DNA of 64,000 nucleotides. Source: a bacterium (lineage in GTDB: Bacteria > Zhuqueibacterota > Zhuqueibacteria > Residuimicrobiales > Krinioviventaceae). Shown piece by piece: positions 51,008 through 61,059 of this stretch; the first letter of the stretch is position 1, and each line of letters starts with the position of its first letter. The DNA lies in the NCBI GenBank assembly GCA_963674595.2, contig CAXXFV010000029.1, positions 184,600 to 248,599 of the forward strand, read 5' to 3'. Under the pieces are notes generated by a model, which saw nothing but the letters and a program-made list of their open reading frames with translations, did no database searches and had not been told where the DNA came from. A program made the translations under genes and the position numbers.

Positions 51008-51169
51008 CTCGCCTTGAAAACCTTTCCCAAGGCGCAATTTAGAGGGAAATTTACCCCGATGACAATTGGCATAATCATGTAACTATCAATATAGGCCCGT
51101 TATTTAAGAACGGATCAGGGCAAATGCCCTGTTTTATTTTAGGCCCTAAAAAACATTTCCAGGGATAGC
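51008..51169 (+). mobile_element. Miniature RAYT-derived element, copy 3
   Basis: CTCGCCTTG..CAAGGCG, TTTACCCCGAT, tnpA-tail homology, GATCAGGGCAAATGCCC, GCCCT..CCAGGG. Confidence 0.8.
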
Positions 51170-51187
51170 GAAACATCAGCCACATCA

Positions 51188-51251
51188 AATCCCGAAGGGA
51201 TGTTATTATTATAACCAAACTATCACCTTCCCATTTAATCCCGAAGGGATG
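51188..51251. repeat. Tandem palindromic repeat AATCCCGAAGGGATG, two copies
   Basis: Exact 15-mers at 51188-51202 and 51237-51251. Confidence 0.7.
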
Positions 51252-51620
51252 ACATAAACAATCACACCGCTCCCACCTTATCTCTCCTCCAATTAAAACC
51301 ACCACACGTTTTTTCTTTTGACATTTTTTAAAAATATTATATATTGTTAACTAAACTAAATCTTAAATCACACAATTCTTTCGGGAGAACAGAGCATAAC
51401 ACTCTGCGGCATTATCTTATGATCTTGAATTGAGGTATCATTGGCCGTTTTTATGAATTCCGGGTGTGATAAAATGAAACGCTAATAACCATCTAACAAT
51501 TACAACCATAAAAAAAGCAGCCTTTTCAATGGACCGGCTGCTCACAAAGCTAAAACAAATTCCTTGTAAACCGGCTAAAAGCCACAAAATTATTCATCCT
51601 AACCAGGTATGGGAGAAAAC

Positions 51621-53678
51621 ATGAAAAATATCTTAAAAACGATTATGCTGTTACTGGTCTGCACAATGGCGGCATTTTCTCAAAATACCGACATGAACGG
51701 TAAATGGACAATGATCAGCAGTAAAAGTTCATTTTTGGACTATTACAGATACCTGACAGTGGACATAACCGTTAATCCGCATGACGCCGTCATCATCACT
51801 GAAATGGGACCCAAAAGAATATACAAAGACAGACTAGCTTTTACGACAGACGGCAAAGTCAACAAAATCGAAATAAAAGACGGCACCTTTGCAACCAATA
51901 TCCACATGGGCGTTAGACTGCCGCTGGGTGAGCAAAAAAAGGTCACAGCAACCTGGGAAGATGACAATACCCTCAAGGTCGTGGAAAAATATGAATACTA
52001 TGCTTCTCAAGGGAAAAAACAGGGCACAGCGACTTATACATACTCCTTATCTCCGGAAGATGACATATTGACCTGTGAGATCAACCGGTCTACACGCCAG
52101 AACAGTCCGGTAATCAAGTTTGTTTTCAAACGAATTGACGCATACAACGCTTATACCTTTCAGATGGAAGATGACTGGGACATTTTTTCCAAATTACCGG
52201 AACAAGCCTGCTGGATATCTCTTCAGGGAATTGTAAATGAAAAAGCCCCCCTGCTCTATTTCACGTTCGGTCCCAAATACCCCTTTAACCAAACTAAAAA
52301 TATGGCAAAATATCTGGAAACAGAAAAGTATTTTACCTTTACTAAACTGAATACCCTGGAACAGGGACTGGAAGCCTTGAAAGATCATGTCAAAGGATAT
52401 ATTATCTGGGATAAAAATGAACGCACATCTTTAATTGTGGCTTATACACTGGCCGGTTTGGAAAAGGGCATTGTCATTACCGAAGACATGCTGCCGATGG
52501 TACAGAAACTCGGATTAAAAGAGATTGATGATTTTCGCGGCCGTTTTACAGGACAAACCGATTATGAAATTTATACATGGGCCAAGGAAAAATATTGGGA
52601 CCGCTGTTCCAGAAAAATTATCGTTTGGCTTGGCGGCGTTCATGGCACGGCCCTTATGCCGGCAGCCGCAGATTATGGAATGATGCACAAAGGCTTTTGC
52701 TCGGATCTGTCCGCCCGCTCTACAGATACATTAGAGTTTAAAATGACCAATGAGCTTTTTTCCGAAATGCAGCCTTTTGGTACGGTTTGGGGCTGGCACT
52801 CTTATAAAAAAGACCTGGAAGAACAGATGACAACGCTTCTGTCTTCTTATGGCTTAACTTCCGACGCATTGAATACAAGTCCCAATACAAGTTTTCTATG
52901 TCACGTCCGCGTTGCTCCCGAATTTAAATTTAAAAACAATCACAATATCGAACCCGGTAAAAAGTATATCCCGGAAAAAAAGATATATCTTTCGCTTATA
53001 CAAACCGACGGAATCGGTATTGGTGCATGGTTAAAACCGGGCCGGGGCACCATCCCCTATGCATGGGAAGTTACAATGAAGTTTCTGGATTATTCTCCTG
53101 CATTGCTGGAATACTATTATAACCAGTCAACACCCAATGATTTTTTTATCGGATCGCTTTCCGGTTCTTCATACATGTATCCCAAAGCGTTTAACAAAAA
53201 ATATCGTCCCAAAGAGCTTCAACGGGCTGCCAGCTATATGAAAAAACTTGATCTCAACGTATTCGAGATTATGGATTATTCCGAAGGCGGCAGCGAAACC
53301 TGTGATAACAATCTGCCGAAAGACCTGGTAGACGAATATTACGAAAACATGCCGGACGCGATTGGTTTTGTCAACGGATACCGGTCATCAAATACGTTTA
53401 CCGTTCGCGACAAACGACCAATGATCTCTTATGACTATTATCTGGCCGCAGAAAAACCGGAAGAAGAAGTTGTAGCCGATTTGGAAGAGCTTGTCACCAT
53501 GAATTCCGAATTGCCCTATTTTCTGCTGGTTCATGTACGGGAATCAAGTGAGGTTGCCAGAGTAAAATCGATCTGCAGCCAACTTGGGAATAATGTTGAA
53601 GTTGTTCCTCTCGATATCTTTCTGAAAATGGCCGGTGAGAACCCAACCTTTAAAGAATATTTTTACAAAGGCAAATAA
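51621..53678 (+). CDS. GxGYxYP-family putative glycoside hydrolase
   Basis: 'SLQGIVN', 'GYIIWD', 'V.GWH', 'N.SF', 'RG.IP..W', 'SGSSYMYP'. Confidence 0.8.
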   Translation: MKNILKTIMLLLVCTMAAFSQNTDMNGKWTMISSKSSFLDYYRYLTVDITVNPHDAVIITEMGPKRIYKDRLAFTTDGKVNKIEIKDGTFATNIHMGVRLPLGEQKKVTATWEDDNTLKVVEKYEYYASQGKKQGTATYTYSLSPEDDILTCEINRSTRQNSPVIKFVFKRIDAYNAYTFQMEDDWDIFSKLPEQACWISLQGIVNEKAPLLYFTFGPKYPFNQTKNMAKYLETEKYFTFTKLNTLEQGLEALKDHVKGYIIWDKNERTSLIVAYTLAGLEKGIVITEDMLPMVQKLGLKEIDDFRGRFTGQTDYEIYTWAKEKYWDRCSRKIIVWLGGVHGTALMPAAADYGMMHKGFCSDLSARSTDTLEFKMTNELFSEMQPFGTVWGWHSYKKDLEEQMTTLLSSYGLTSDALNTSPNTSFLCHVRVAPEFKFKNNHNIEPGKKYIPEKKIYLSLIQTDGIGIGAWLKPGRGTIPYAWEVTMKFLDYSPALLEYYYNQSTPNDFFIGSLSGSSYMYPKAFNKKYRPKELQRAASYMKKLDLNVFEIMDYSEGGSETCDNNLPKDLVDEYYENMPDAIGFVNGYRSSNTFTVRDKRPMISYDYYLAAEKPEEEVVADLEELVTMNSELPYFLLVHVRESSEVARVKSICSQLGNNVEVVPLDIFLKMAGENPTFKEYFYKGK

Positions 53679-53718
53679 TTCTCACGCCATAATTTAAATT
53701 AACATATCCCACTTTTTA

Positions 53719-53750
53719 TAGAAACACCTGTAAATTTACAGGTGTTTCTA
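53719..53750. terminator. Perfect palindrome after gene, possible bidirectional terminator
   Basis: TAGAAACACCTGTAAA/TTTACAGGTGTTTCTA. Confidence 0.65.
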
Positions 53751-54072
53751 TGAAAATAAATTCCTTATTATTTTTATCAAATACCGGCCCCGGGGAAAAG
53801 GTTTTCTTTTTTTAAACCCTATTATAAAATTTAACTTTGTTTTTGAAAGAGCTGATGACTCTACTGCAATAGCACTTTCACCGGGCATTGGTCTACAATT
53901 GCAAGAGGTGCAGAACCGGGTAAAGGCCCCACCGGCCATCAGGCTGATGATGAAAACAAGGCAAAAATCCGGAATAACGGCATAATTTATTAATAAAAAG
54001 ATTGTTGAATCTCTTTAATAAATTGTTTAAATTTTTATAAACATGGTAATCTTTATTACGTTGACTTTAGTA

Positions 54073-54384
54073 ATGATAAAATTCACTGACAAAAAAAAAT
54101 TACAAATAAAAAAAGCTATATTAAATAGCTTAAAACAAGAAAAAGAGATTAATAAAATTTTTATCTTTGGATCGTTTTTAGAGTCAGAAACACCAAACGA
54201 TATTGATATAGCAATTTATCAAGACAGTCAAGAACCATATCTAAATTTGGCTATGAAATATCGGCGATTGACGCGGGCCATTGCACGAACTATACCTGTC
54301 GAAATTATTCCAATTAAATCAAATGCTTCGGACAATAGTTTTCTTTCCGAAATAGAAGCAGGAGAATTGATTTATGAAAAATGA
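54073..54384 (+). CDS. Minimal nucleotidyltransferase (MNT antitoxin-like)
   Basis: 'IFGSF.....PNDIDIAI' GS-x-DxD motif; 'EIE.G..IYE'. Confidence 0.88.
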   Translation: MIKFTDKKKLQIKKAILNSLKQEKEINKIFIFGSFLESETPNDIDIAIYQDSQEPYLNLAMKYRRLTRAIARTIPVEIIPIKSNASDNSFLSEIEAGELIYEK

Positions 54385-54424
54385 AACACCGATATGGTTA
54401 AACTATTCAAATTTTATCCTGTAG
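54374..54424 (+). pseudogene. Probable 5' stub of the partner HEPN gene
   Basis: Overlapping start; MKNETPIWLNYS resembles HEPN N-termini ('W...A') and then stops. Confidence 0.5.
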
Positions 54425-54451
54425 ACCGTTACGCCCCCAATTTTATCTTTA

Positions 54452-55515
54452 TTAATTGTCAATCATCAGGTAATACTGTTGTGAGTTTATTATAATGCCG
54501 TCATACCGTTTTTGTGCAAAAGGCAACAAAACCAGCGCCGCCATAAAAATCAAACAAACCGGTACCCATAAAGCAAACAGTGAAAGGGACAAACTATCGT
54601 AAATCAAAAAGCCGGCGATTTTATACAACAGAACAGAGAATATAAACACCAGAAAAACCACCAGCAGGCCGGCCGTCCTGTTGCCGTAAAAGACCAGACC
54701 GGAAAACATGCCCAATAAAAATAAACCCATTACTGAAACTGTTAGAGCAATTTTTCGGTGATATATAAGATTTTATCTCTCAATCTGTGTAAAATGTAAA
54801 TTTTGTAACTATTATCATTAATTCGATCTATAAAGTCCTTCATTTCTTCTTTTGTTTCCACACCGGATACAGGCAGCCACTCAAAATCTTTTTCGGCAAA
54901 TGCAACTCCATTGTTTAATTTATCAACAACCCGCTTTTCCTTTTTCAAAATATACCCGTGAATTTCCAGCCGTTCAAAGGCATTATCATACCAAAATTTA
55001 TATTCTTTATCAGCCTCTTTATTAATTTCCTGCAACTCCCGGCTGTTTTTTTCATCTTCAAACCAGTAACCGTTATAGGTCATTATCTTTTCCACGGCAG
55101 AGGGTCCCAAATAATCCCTCATCTCTTTGTATTGCATTCTTGCTTTATAATTCGCTTTGGGTAACAACTGAAAATTGAAATAACACATACCAATACAAAG
55201 AATTAAACATCCCAAAAAGGGAGCGATTAAAAAATATCTGAATCTGTAATTTTTATCAGGATTTATGTTTTGGTATATTTTCGGACGGCCAAAAATTAAA
55301 ATTGCCGAAATGAAAACAGCAACAGGAACAGTCAAAACAAACATGCCGGCAAGATTGTAAAAAGAAAACAAGGCAAACACTTTTAAAGGCGCCTTGTAAA
55401 TCAGTCCCATATAGTCTGTTATAAAACACAAAAACAACAGTCCTAAAACAATCAACAGACTTTTAAAAAAGCATAATATTCCGGATGTAAAAACTCTTTT
55501 ATACAGCGTAAACAT
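54452..55515 (-). CDS. LptF/LptG-like permease, frameshift near 54765
   Basis: 'L.KR....', 'PVA.FIS....FGR', 'LLPKAN'; alternate frame gives 'YHRKIAL..S' continuing into the 54452-54730 ORF. Confidence 0.7.
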
Positions 55516-55529
55516 GAAATCCTTTCCTG

Positions 55530-56186
55530 TTACTCTCTTTCAAGATAATAATTTATCTTGAGACAAAAGGTTATAAATTCTCCATTTATTCCGAGCGTAC
55601 CATGAAGGTCATCAGCGCTTCCCAAAATATCAATTCGTGTCAACAGTTCAAGTGAAAAATCGTTAAACTTTTTTCCCACACCAAAACAAACGTCGGTCAC
55701 TGAACTGGAAAATTCCGGTATAAAAGGATCATAATCAGGAAAATAATCCGCTTTTTCCCGGGGGAAATCTCCGGGATCTCTTCGAAAAATGTAAAATTTC
55801 TGCGATTCGTCGACAATAGACAGACAGGGCGTCACCCCGGCGACGATATAACAGCTGGATTTGTTTGAAAGCATGTATCTCCATCGGATTGGAAAGGCCA
55901 GATACCCCACCATCCAGTTGGCGTTTATATAAGAGAGCCATTCCTCAGCATAAACATATTTATTTTCAACCCGGGCGCCGCGATACATGTATTCAATCGC
56001 CAGACTAAAATATCTCCGTTGACTTTTTTGCCACTCTTTACCGATCTGAATATTAAATCCGGAACGTGATTTTGATTTTTGGTCGTAAAATGTGGACTGG
56101 TTAAACCCGGCGCTTAAAAATTTTTCCCCGGCAAAACCGAAACGGACAGACAGAAACAAAAAAATCAGAATTATTTTGTTTTTCAT
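55530..56186 (-). CDS. Outer-membrane beta-barrel (PorT-like) protein
   Basis: Signal peptide; 'AGFN.S', 'E.MYRG', 'YL.FPI..RY'; C-terminal aromatic residues. Confidence 0.75.
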   Translation of the reverse strand: MKNKIILIFLFLSVRFGFAGEKFLSAGFNQSTFYDQKSKSRSGFNIQIGKEWQKSQRRYFSLAIEYMYRGARVENKYVYAEEWLSYINANWMVGYLAFPIRWRYMLSNKSSCYIVAGVTPCLSIVDESQKFYIFRRDPGDFPREKADYFPDYDPFIPEFSSSVTDVCFGVGKKFNDFSLELLTRIDILGSADDLHGTLGINGEFITFCLKINYYLERE

Positions 56187-56352
56187 AAAACTCCCCAAAA
56201 GACCCTGGATTTATGTTGTTTGTATTATTATATCCACTTTTTGTGTACAAATCAAGTATTTTTACAATTATTCTTTTAGAAAAACATTTCATCCGCATTT
56301 TGCATTCTTTCCCCTATAGTTACATAAAAGCGTTATAAAACATGAGGATTTG

Positions 56353-57156
56353 ATGCGAGATATTATTGCGGCTGCCGGTCAGTTTAGTGCCGTTTCCGGA
56401 GAAAAACAAAAAAATATTGAAAAAATCCTGGATATTTCTCAGGCTGCCAAAAAAGACCAGTGTGAATTGATTGTGTTCCCGGAACTGGCGTTAACAGGCT
56501 ATTTACCTCCGGCTGAAATTTTATCACTGGCCGAACCCCTTGACGGCGGTTCCCTGCAAAAACTTGCAACCGGCGTTAAAAAAATCGGCATTTCCCTGGT
56601 ACTCGGCATTCCGGAAAAAGACGCCGCCACAAATAAAATATACAACAGCGCAGTTTTTATAAACAGCTCGGGACAAATCTCCGGAGTGTATCGGAAAATG
56701 CAATTGTGGAGCACGGAAAAACAATGGGCAATGCCGGGAGAGTCTGTCAGGATAATGACAGATAATAACATCCTGCACACCTGCTGGATTTGTTATGATA
56801 TTCGTTTTCCGGAAATAGCCCGTCTCTCCGCCCTGTCCGGCGCTGAAATTGCCTGCGTGCCGACGGCCTGGCTCGGCCCTCAGGAAGAATGGGAACTGGC
56901 CGTTCGTTCACGAGCCCTGGATAATTCCATGTTTGTTATCGGGTCGGACCTGATTAATAACATACCGGGCTCAACCTGTTATGGCTTCAGCATGATTGCC
57001 GGTCCCACAGGTAACACCCTGGCCAAAGCAGAACCCGGAAAAGAGGGATTTATTAAAGCCCAATTGAGCCAAAAAGAGTTTGATAACCAACGACAACTTG
57101 TTCCGCTTTTTAATGACCGGTTGCCGAATAAATATAAAAACCTTTGTCAACAGTAA
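56353..57156 (+). CDS. Carbon-nitrogen hydrolase (nitrilase superfamily)
   Basis: Catalytic E-K-C: 'VFPEL..TGY', 'YRK', 'ICYD.RFPE..R'. Confidence 0.93.
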   Translation: MRDIIAAAGQFSAVSGEKQKNIEKILDISQAAKKDQCELIVFPELALTGYLPPAEILSLAEPLDGGSLQKLATGVKKIGISLVLGIPEKDAATNKIYNSAVFINSSGQISGVYRKMQLWSTEKQWAMPGESVRIMTDNNILHTCWICYDIRFPEIARLSALSGAEIACVPTAWLGPQEEWELAVRSRALDNSMFVIGSDLINNIPGSTCYGFSMIAGPTGNTLAKAEPGKEGFIKAQLSQKEFDNQRQLVPLFNDRLPNKYKNLCQQ

Positions 57157-57165
57157 AGAAATCCT

Positions 57166-58050
57166 ATGCTTAAAAATATAATTTTTAAAACAGTCAGATT
57201 TTCCGGCCTGCCCTGGCTCATTCGCAATACGATACAAAAACAAAGGGTTACGGTCATACTTTTTCATAACACACAGCCGGAATTGTTTGAAAAACATATT
57301 CAGTGTCTGCAAAAACGATTCAATATCATTTCTCTGCAGCAATATTTAAAAGCATATTACAACAACTCGATAAAAACCCTGCCGCCAAAATCCCTTGTCA
57401 TAACTTTTGACGACGGACACGCGGGGAATTATAAATTATTACCGGTTTTAAAAAAATATGGGGTTCCGGTTACAATTTTTTTATGTAGCAGCATTATTAA
57501 TACAAACCGCCACTACTGGTTTCGCGAAGCTGCAAAACACCGGCTGGACCAGGAAAAGCTAAAAGTCATGCCTGACGATGAACGTCTGCAAAAACTGTCC
57601 GAAATACAGTTCACGGAAGAAAAAGAGTATTCCCAGCGACAGGCCCTGAACGCTGACGAAATATCGGAAATGAAACAGGCTGTTGATTTTCAATCACACA
57701 CCAATTTTCATGTTATCCTGCCCTTTTGTTCCGATGACAAAGCACAAAAAGAAATTTTTGAATCAAAAACCGATCTGGAAAAGGAACACGACTTGTCGAT
57801 AAACACCATCTCTTATCCAAACGGTGATTATTCAGACAGGGACATAAACTTTGCAAAACAGGCCGGTTATGTCTGCGGCATTACGGTTGACTGTGGATTT
57901 AATTCCGAAAAAACAGACATGTTTAAAATTAAAAGAATGAATATAAACGATGATGCAACAATTGATGAAGTGATTGTTAAAGCCTCGGCTTTATGGGATA
58001 AAATCAGGGTCATGTTCAAAGGACAGGATTACGGTTTTCGAAAAATATAA
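57166..58050 (+). CDS. Polysaccharide deacetylase (CE4/NodB)
   Basis: 'ITFDDG', 'SHT..H', 'SYPNG', 'AGY'. Confidence 0.92.
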   Translation: MLKNIIFKTVRFSGLPWLIRNTIQKQRVTVILFHNTQPELFEKHIQCLQKRFNIISLQQYLKAYYNNSIKTLPPKSLVITFDDGHAGNYKLLPVLKKYGVPVTIFLCSSIINTNRHYWFREAAKHRLDQEKLKVMPDDERLQKLSEIQFTEEKEYSQRQALNADEISEMKQAVDFQSHTNFHVILPFCSDDKAQKEIFESKTDLEKEHDLSINTISYPNGDYSDRDINFAKQAGYVCGITVDCGFNSEKTDMFKIKRMNINDDATIDEVIVKASALWDKIRVMFKGQDYGFRKI

Positions 58051-58161
58051 CTTATATAAACATACTTGGGGATGATTAAAAATGCTATTGTATTAGAGTG
58101 TCAGAATTTATATTTTTATTGTCTGATAGATATTTTACCAACTTTCCCGGAGACACAAAAC

Positions 58162-59194
58162 ATGACATCCAGCTCCCTGATTACACCCCGCGAACGTATG
58201 CTGAAAACCTTTGATTTTAAAGATCCGGATAAGATGCCGGTTGTCTACCATCCCTCACCTGCCGGGTTATATACACACGGACAAAAACTGCTGGATTTGT
58301 TTAATGAATTTCCGCCGGACAATCCCGTCACATTTGATACAATTCCCCAGCCGCATCCGTCAACAATTTCATCTGATAAAAAATATCACGAAATCAAAAA
58401 AGACGAATGGGGCACGGAATGGGAATATCTTATTTTCGGGATTCAGGGACATCCCTATACATATCCCCTGGAAAACCGGCACAGTGAAAAGTTTGTCTTT
58501 CCGGATATTTACAGTACCTTTGAATTTCCAAAATCCGAAATTCCCCGGTTAAAACAGAATTTTCTCGTCTTTACCGGCTGGATTTCTGTTTTTGAAAAAC
58601 TGCATGCACTACGTCCCATGGATGAATTGCTCATGGACCTTTATACAAAAGACAACTCTCTGTTGTCTTTTATTGACAGAATGACGGAACACTGGACCAG
58701 GGTCATCGATGCATTAATTGATGCCGGCACAGACGTCATTATGTTCGGAGATGACTGGGGCACACAATCTTCGACGATTATCTCACCGGACCTGTTTCGG
58801 GAAATATACAAACCCGTTTACCAAAAATTGTTCGCCCGGGTTAAAAATGCTGATCGAAAAATATTTTTTCATTCCTGCGGTTTTTTAGGGGAAATATTGG
58901 ATGAACTGTTTGAGCTGGGAATAGACGGTTTATGGCCGCAAATTTCACTCTATGGAACGGATGGTTCCTTTGCACAAAAATGCAAGGAACACAAGGTTAC
59001 TATTTATATTCACCCGGACCGCCAATATCTGGTCCCCAAGGGCACACCGAATGAAATAAAAAAGACCATTGAAATATATGCCGACAGGTACCATAAACTT
59101 GGCGGGCGGCGGTATTTTTTATGTGGAAATAGAAAACGACGCCCCCTTTGAAAATGTGGACGCACTTGTCAGGGCTATTCACAAATATAGATAG
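58162..59194 (+). CDS. Uroporphyrinogen decarboxylase/methylcobamide methyltransferase family, frameshift near 59105
   Basis: 'TPRER', 'DEWG', 'GDDWGTQ...ISP..FRE..KP', 'HSCG'; alternate frame gives 'GGIFYVEIENDAPFENV'. Confidence 0.88.
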
Positions 59195-59612
59195 TGTCAG
59201 GCTTACCAGTCGGATCAAAAAGTCCTTTATTAATGATTGATTGCTGCCTTGTTTTATAAAACACCTGCACAGTAACCTGCCATTTTTCCCGATATACGGA
59301 CACTCACGGATTTTTTAATTCAAACTAATTACGGGTCACCTAAACATCCTGAAAAACTTAAATCATGCCTTTCATCCAGGTATGGAAGGCAAATAAACTT
59401 TTTAACGGATTACTTGTACAGCATTATTTGTTATAAAAGTGTAAACATATAGAATCTGAACAACTCCATACATCTTCTTTCCGAAATATCCAATATTCCA
59501 AACGTTTCCTATTCTACTGTTAAACTCACTAGTATTTTGCAATACAATTCATCCACTATTATGAGAGCGACGAAAATAAAGTTGTCGTAAAAAGTATTTA
59601 GAGGATTTGATC

Positions 59613-60937
59613 ATGAAAACAAAAATTCTTTTTTTAGTGATTTGTGGGATACTGTTGACGAAAAGTCAATATGGGGCCGGAGTACCGGCAGAAACAAGTA
59701 ATACAGGTTCCAATATCACTCTTGTGGGAATTTGGAAAATGGGGAATGAGACCTTTATGAAAGTTCATGTGTCCGGCAACACCGCCTATCTGACAAATAG
59801 TGATGGTGAAAAATTTCACATTGTAGATGTGAGCACACCAACATCACCAAGCGAAATCTCTTCCCTTGTTGTAGGATACCCCCCAAATGGATTTTTTGTT
59901 TCCGGTAGTTGCGTATACTGTACAGGCGGGAGGTTCTTTGACGTCATTGATGTCAGTGCACCGGATAATCCGCAAAAAATTTCCTGTTGTGAAATAGGTT
60001 ACTTTGGAATGGATATATATGTCTCTGGTTATTATGCCTATGTAGCAACCTATGATTATGGTTTTGACATTGTGGATATCAGCTTGCCGTGTATGCCCCG
60101 GGTAGTGACGAGTATTGAAAAAAGGCTTTTTAATGCCACTTTTGTTTATATTTCAGGCAATTATGCTTATTTAGGAGAAACGTGTTCTTCAGGACCGAAT
60201 CCTTTAGAGCCGGCCGCATGTTTTCGCATTTTCGACATCACTGATCCCACCATAGCCCAATGAAATCTGGCACTGCAGCAGCAGAAAGTATATAAGCGGT
60301 GATTTATATATCAGCAGAAACTATGTTTATTGTGCAGACATGGAATCGTTGAATATTATTGATATATCAGCAATCCGAATATGCCTCAATTTGTCTCGTC
60401 AATACCAATGGATGCCGGGTCCGGTATCCACGGCTCCGGTAACTATATATATATTACAGACAGGCAGGATTCCCTGCATGTCATCGATGTGAGCATACCC
60501 TCATCACCGCAAAAAGTTGGTTATTTTGCAACCCTGGGTTATAAAACAACCGATGTTTATGCCGCCGACACCTATATTTATCTGGCGCAGAAACACGGAC
60601 TATATATTTTACAAAATGATATTTTAACAGGTGTTAAGATGACAGAACCCAGGCCCCGGCAAAGTTCCGGCTCCGTCAAAATTACCCCAATCCATTCAAT
60701 CCGGCAACGTCCGTTTCATACGAGCTGCAAAAGGCAATGTATGTTCAGCTTACCATCAGTGATATCTGCGGCTGCCATATCCGAACGCTGGTAAATCAAC
60801 AGCAGAATCCGGGTTATTATCAAACTATGTGGGACGGCACGAATGAACAGGGCTTACCTGTATCAGCCGGAATCTATTTCTGTAAAATGCAGGCAAATCA
60901 GTCCACCAAAATAATCAAAATGATTTTGGTGCGATAA
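59613..60937 (+). pseudogene. LVIVD-repeat beta-propeller with FlgD/T9SS-type tail, several frameshifts
   Basis: Repeated 'V.VSG.YAY......I.D.S.P'; 'QNYPNPFNP' recoverable at ~60677; 'WDG.N..G..V.AG.YF'. Confidence 0.8.
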
Positions 60938-60954
60938 AATTCCAAAAAAAAATC

Positions 60955-61001
60955 TTGACATTTAAAAAATTTTGGTGTATACTTAATCGTGAACTTTCAC
61001 G
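60955..61001 (+). promoter_or_regulatory. Sigma70 promoter with palindromic LacI-type operator candidate
   Basis: TTGACA-N17-TATACT followed by CGTGAA-CT-TTCACG at 60988-61001. Confidence 0.75.
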
Positions 61002-61059
61002 CTTAAGTAAAACCGTGCTATTTTCCTAACAACAGTGAATACAAACCTTTAAAGGCTTT

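Noticed and set aside
51075-51305. 76-aa minus-strand ORF
   Set aside because: It spans the mini-element and the AATCCCGAAGGGATG repeats and is a translation of repeat DNA.
53851-53960. Hammerhead ribozyme (CTGATGA...GAAA)
   Set aside because: The second CTGATGA is followed almost directly by GAAA with no stem II, and stems I and III could not be formed convincingly.
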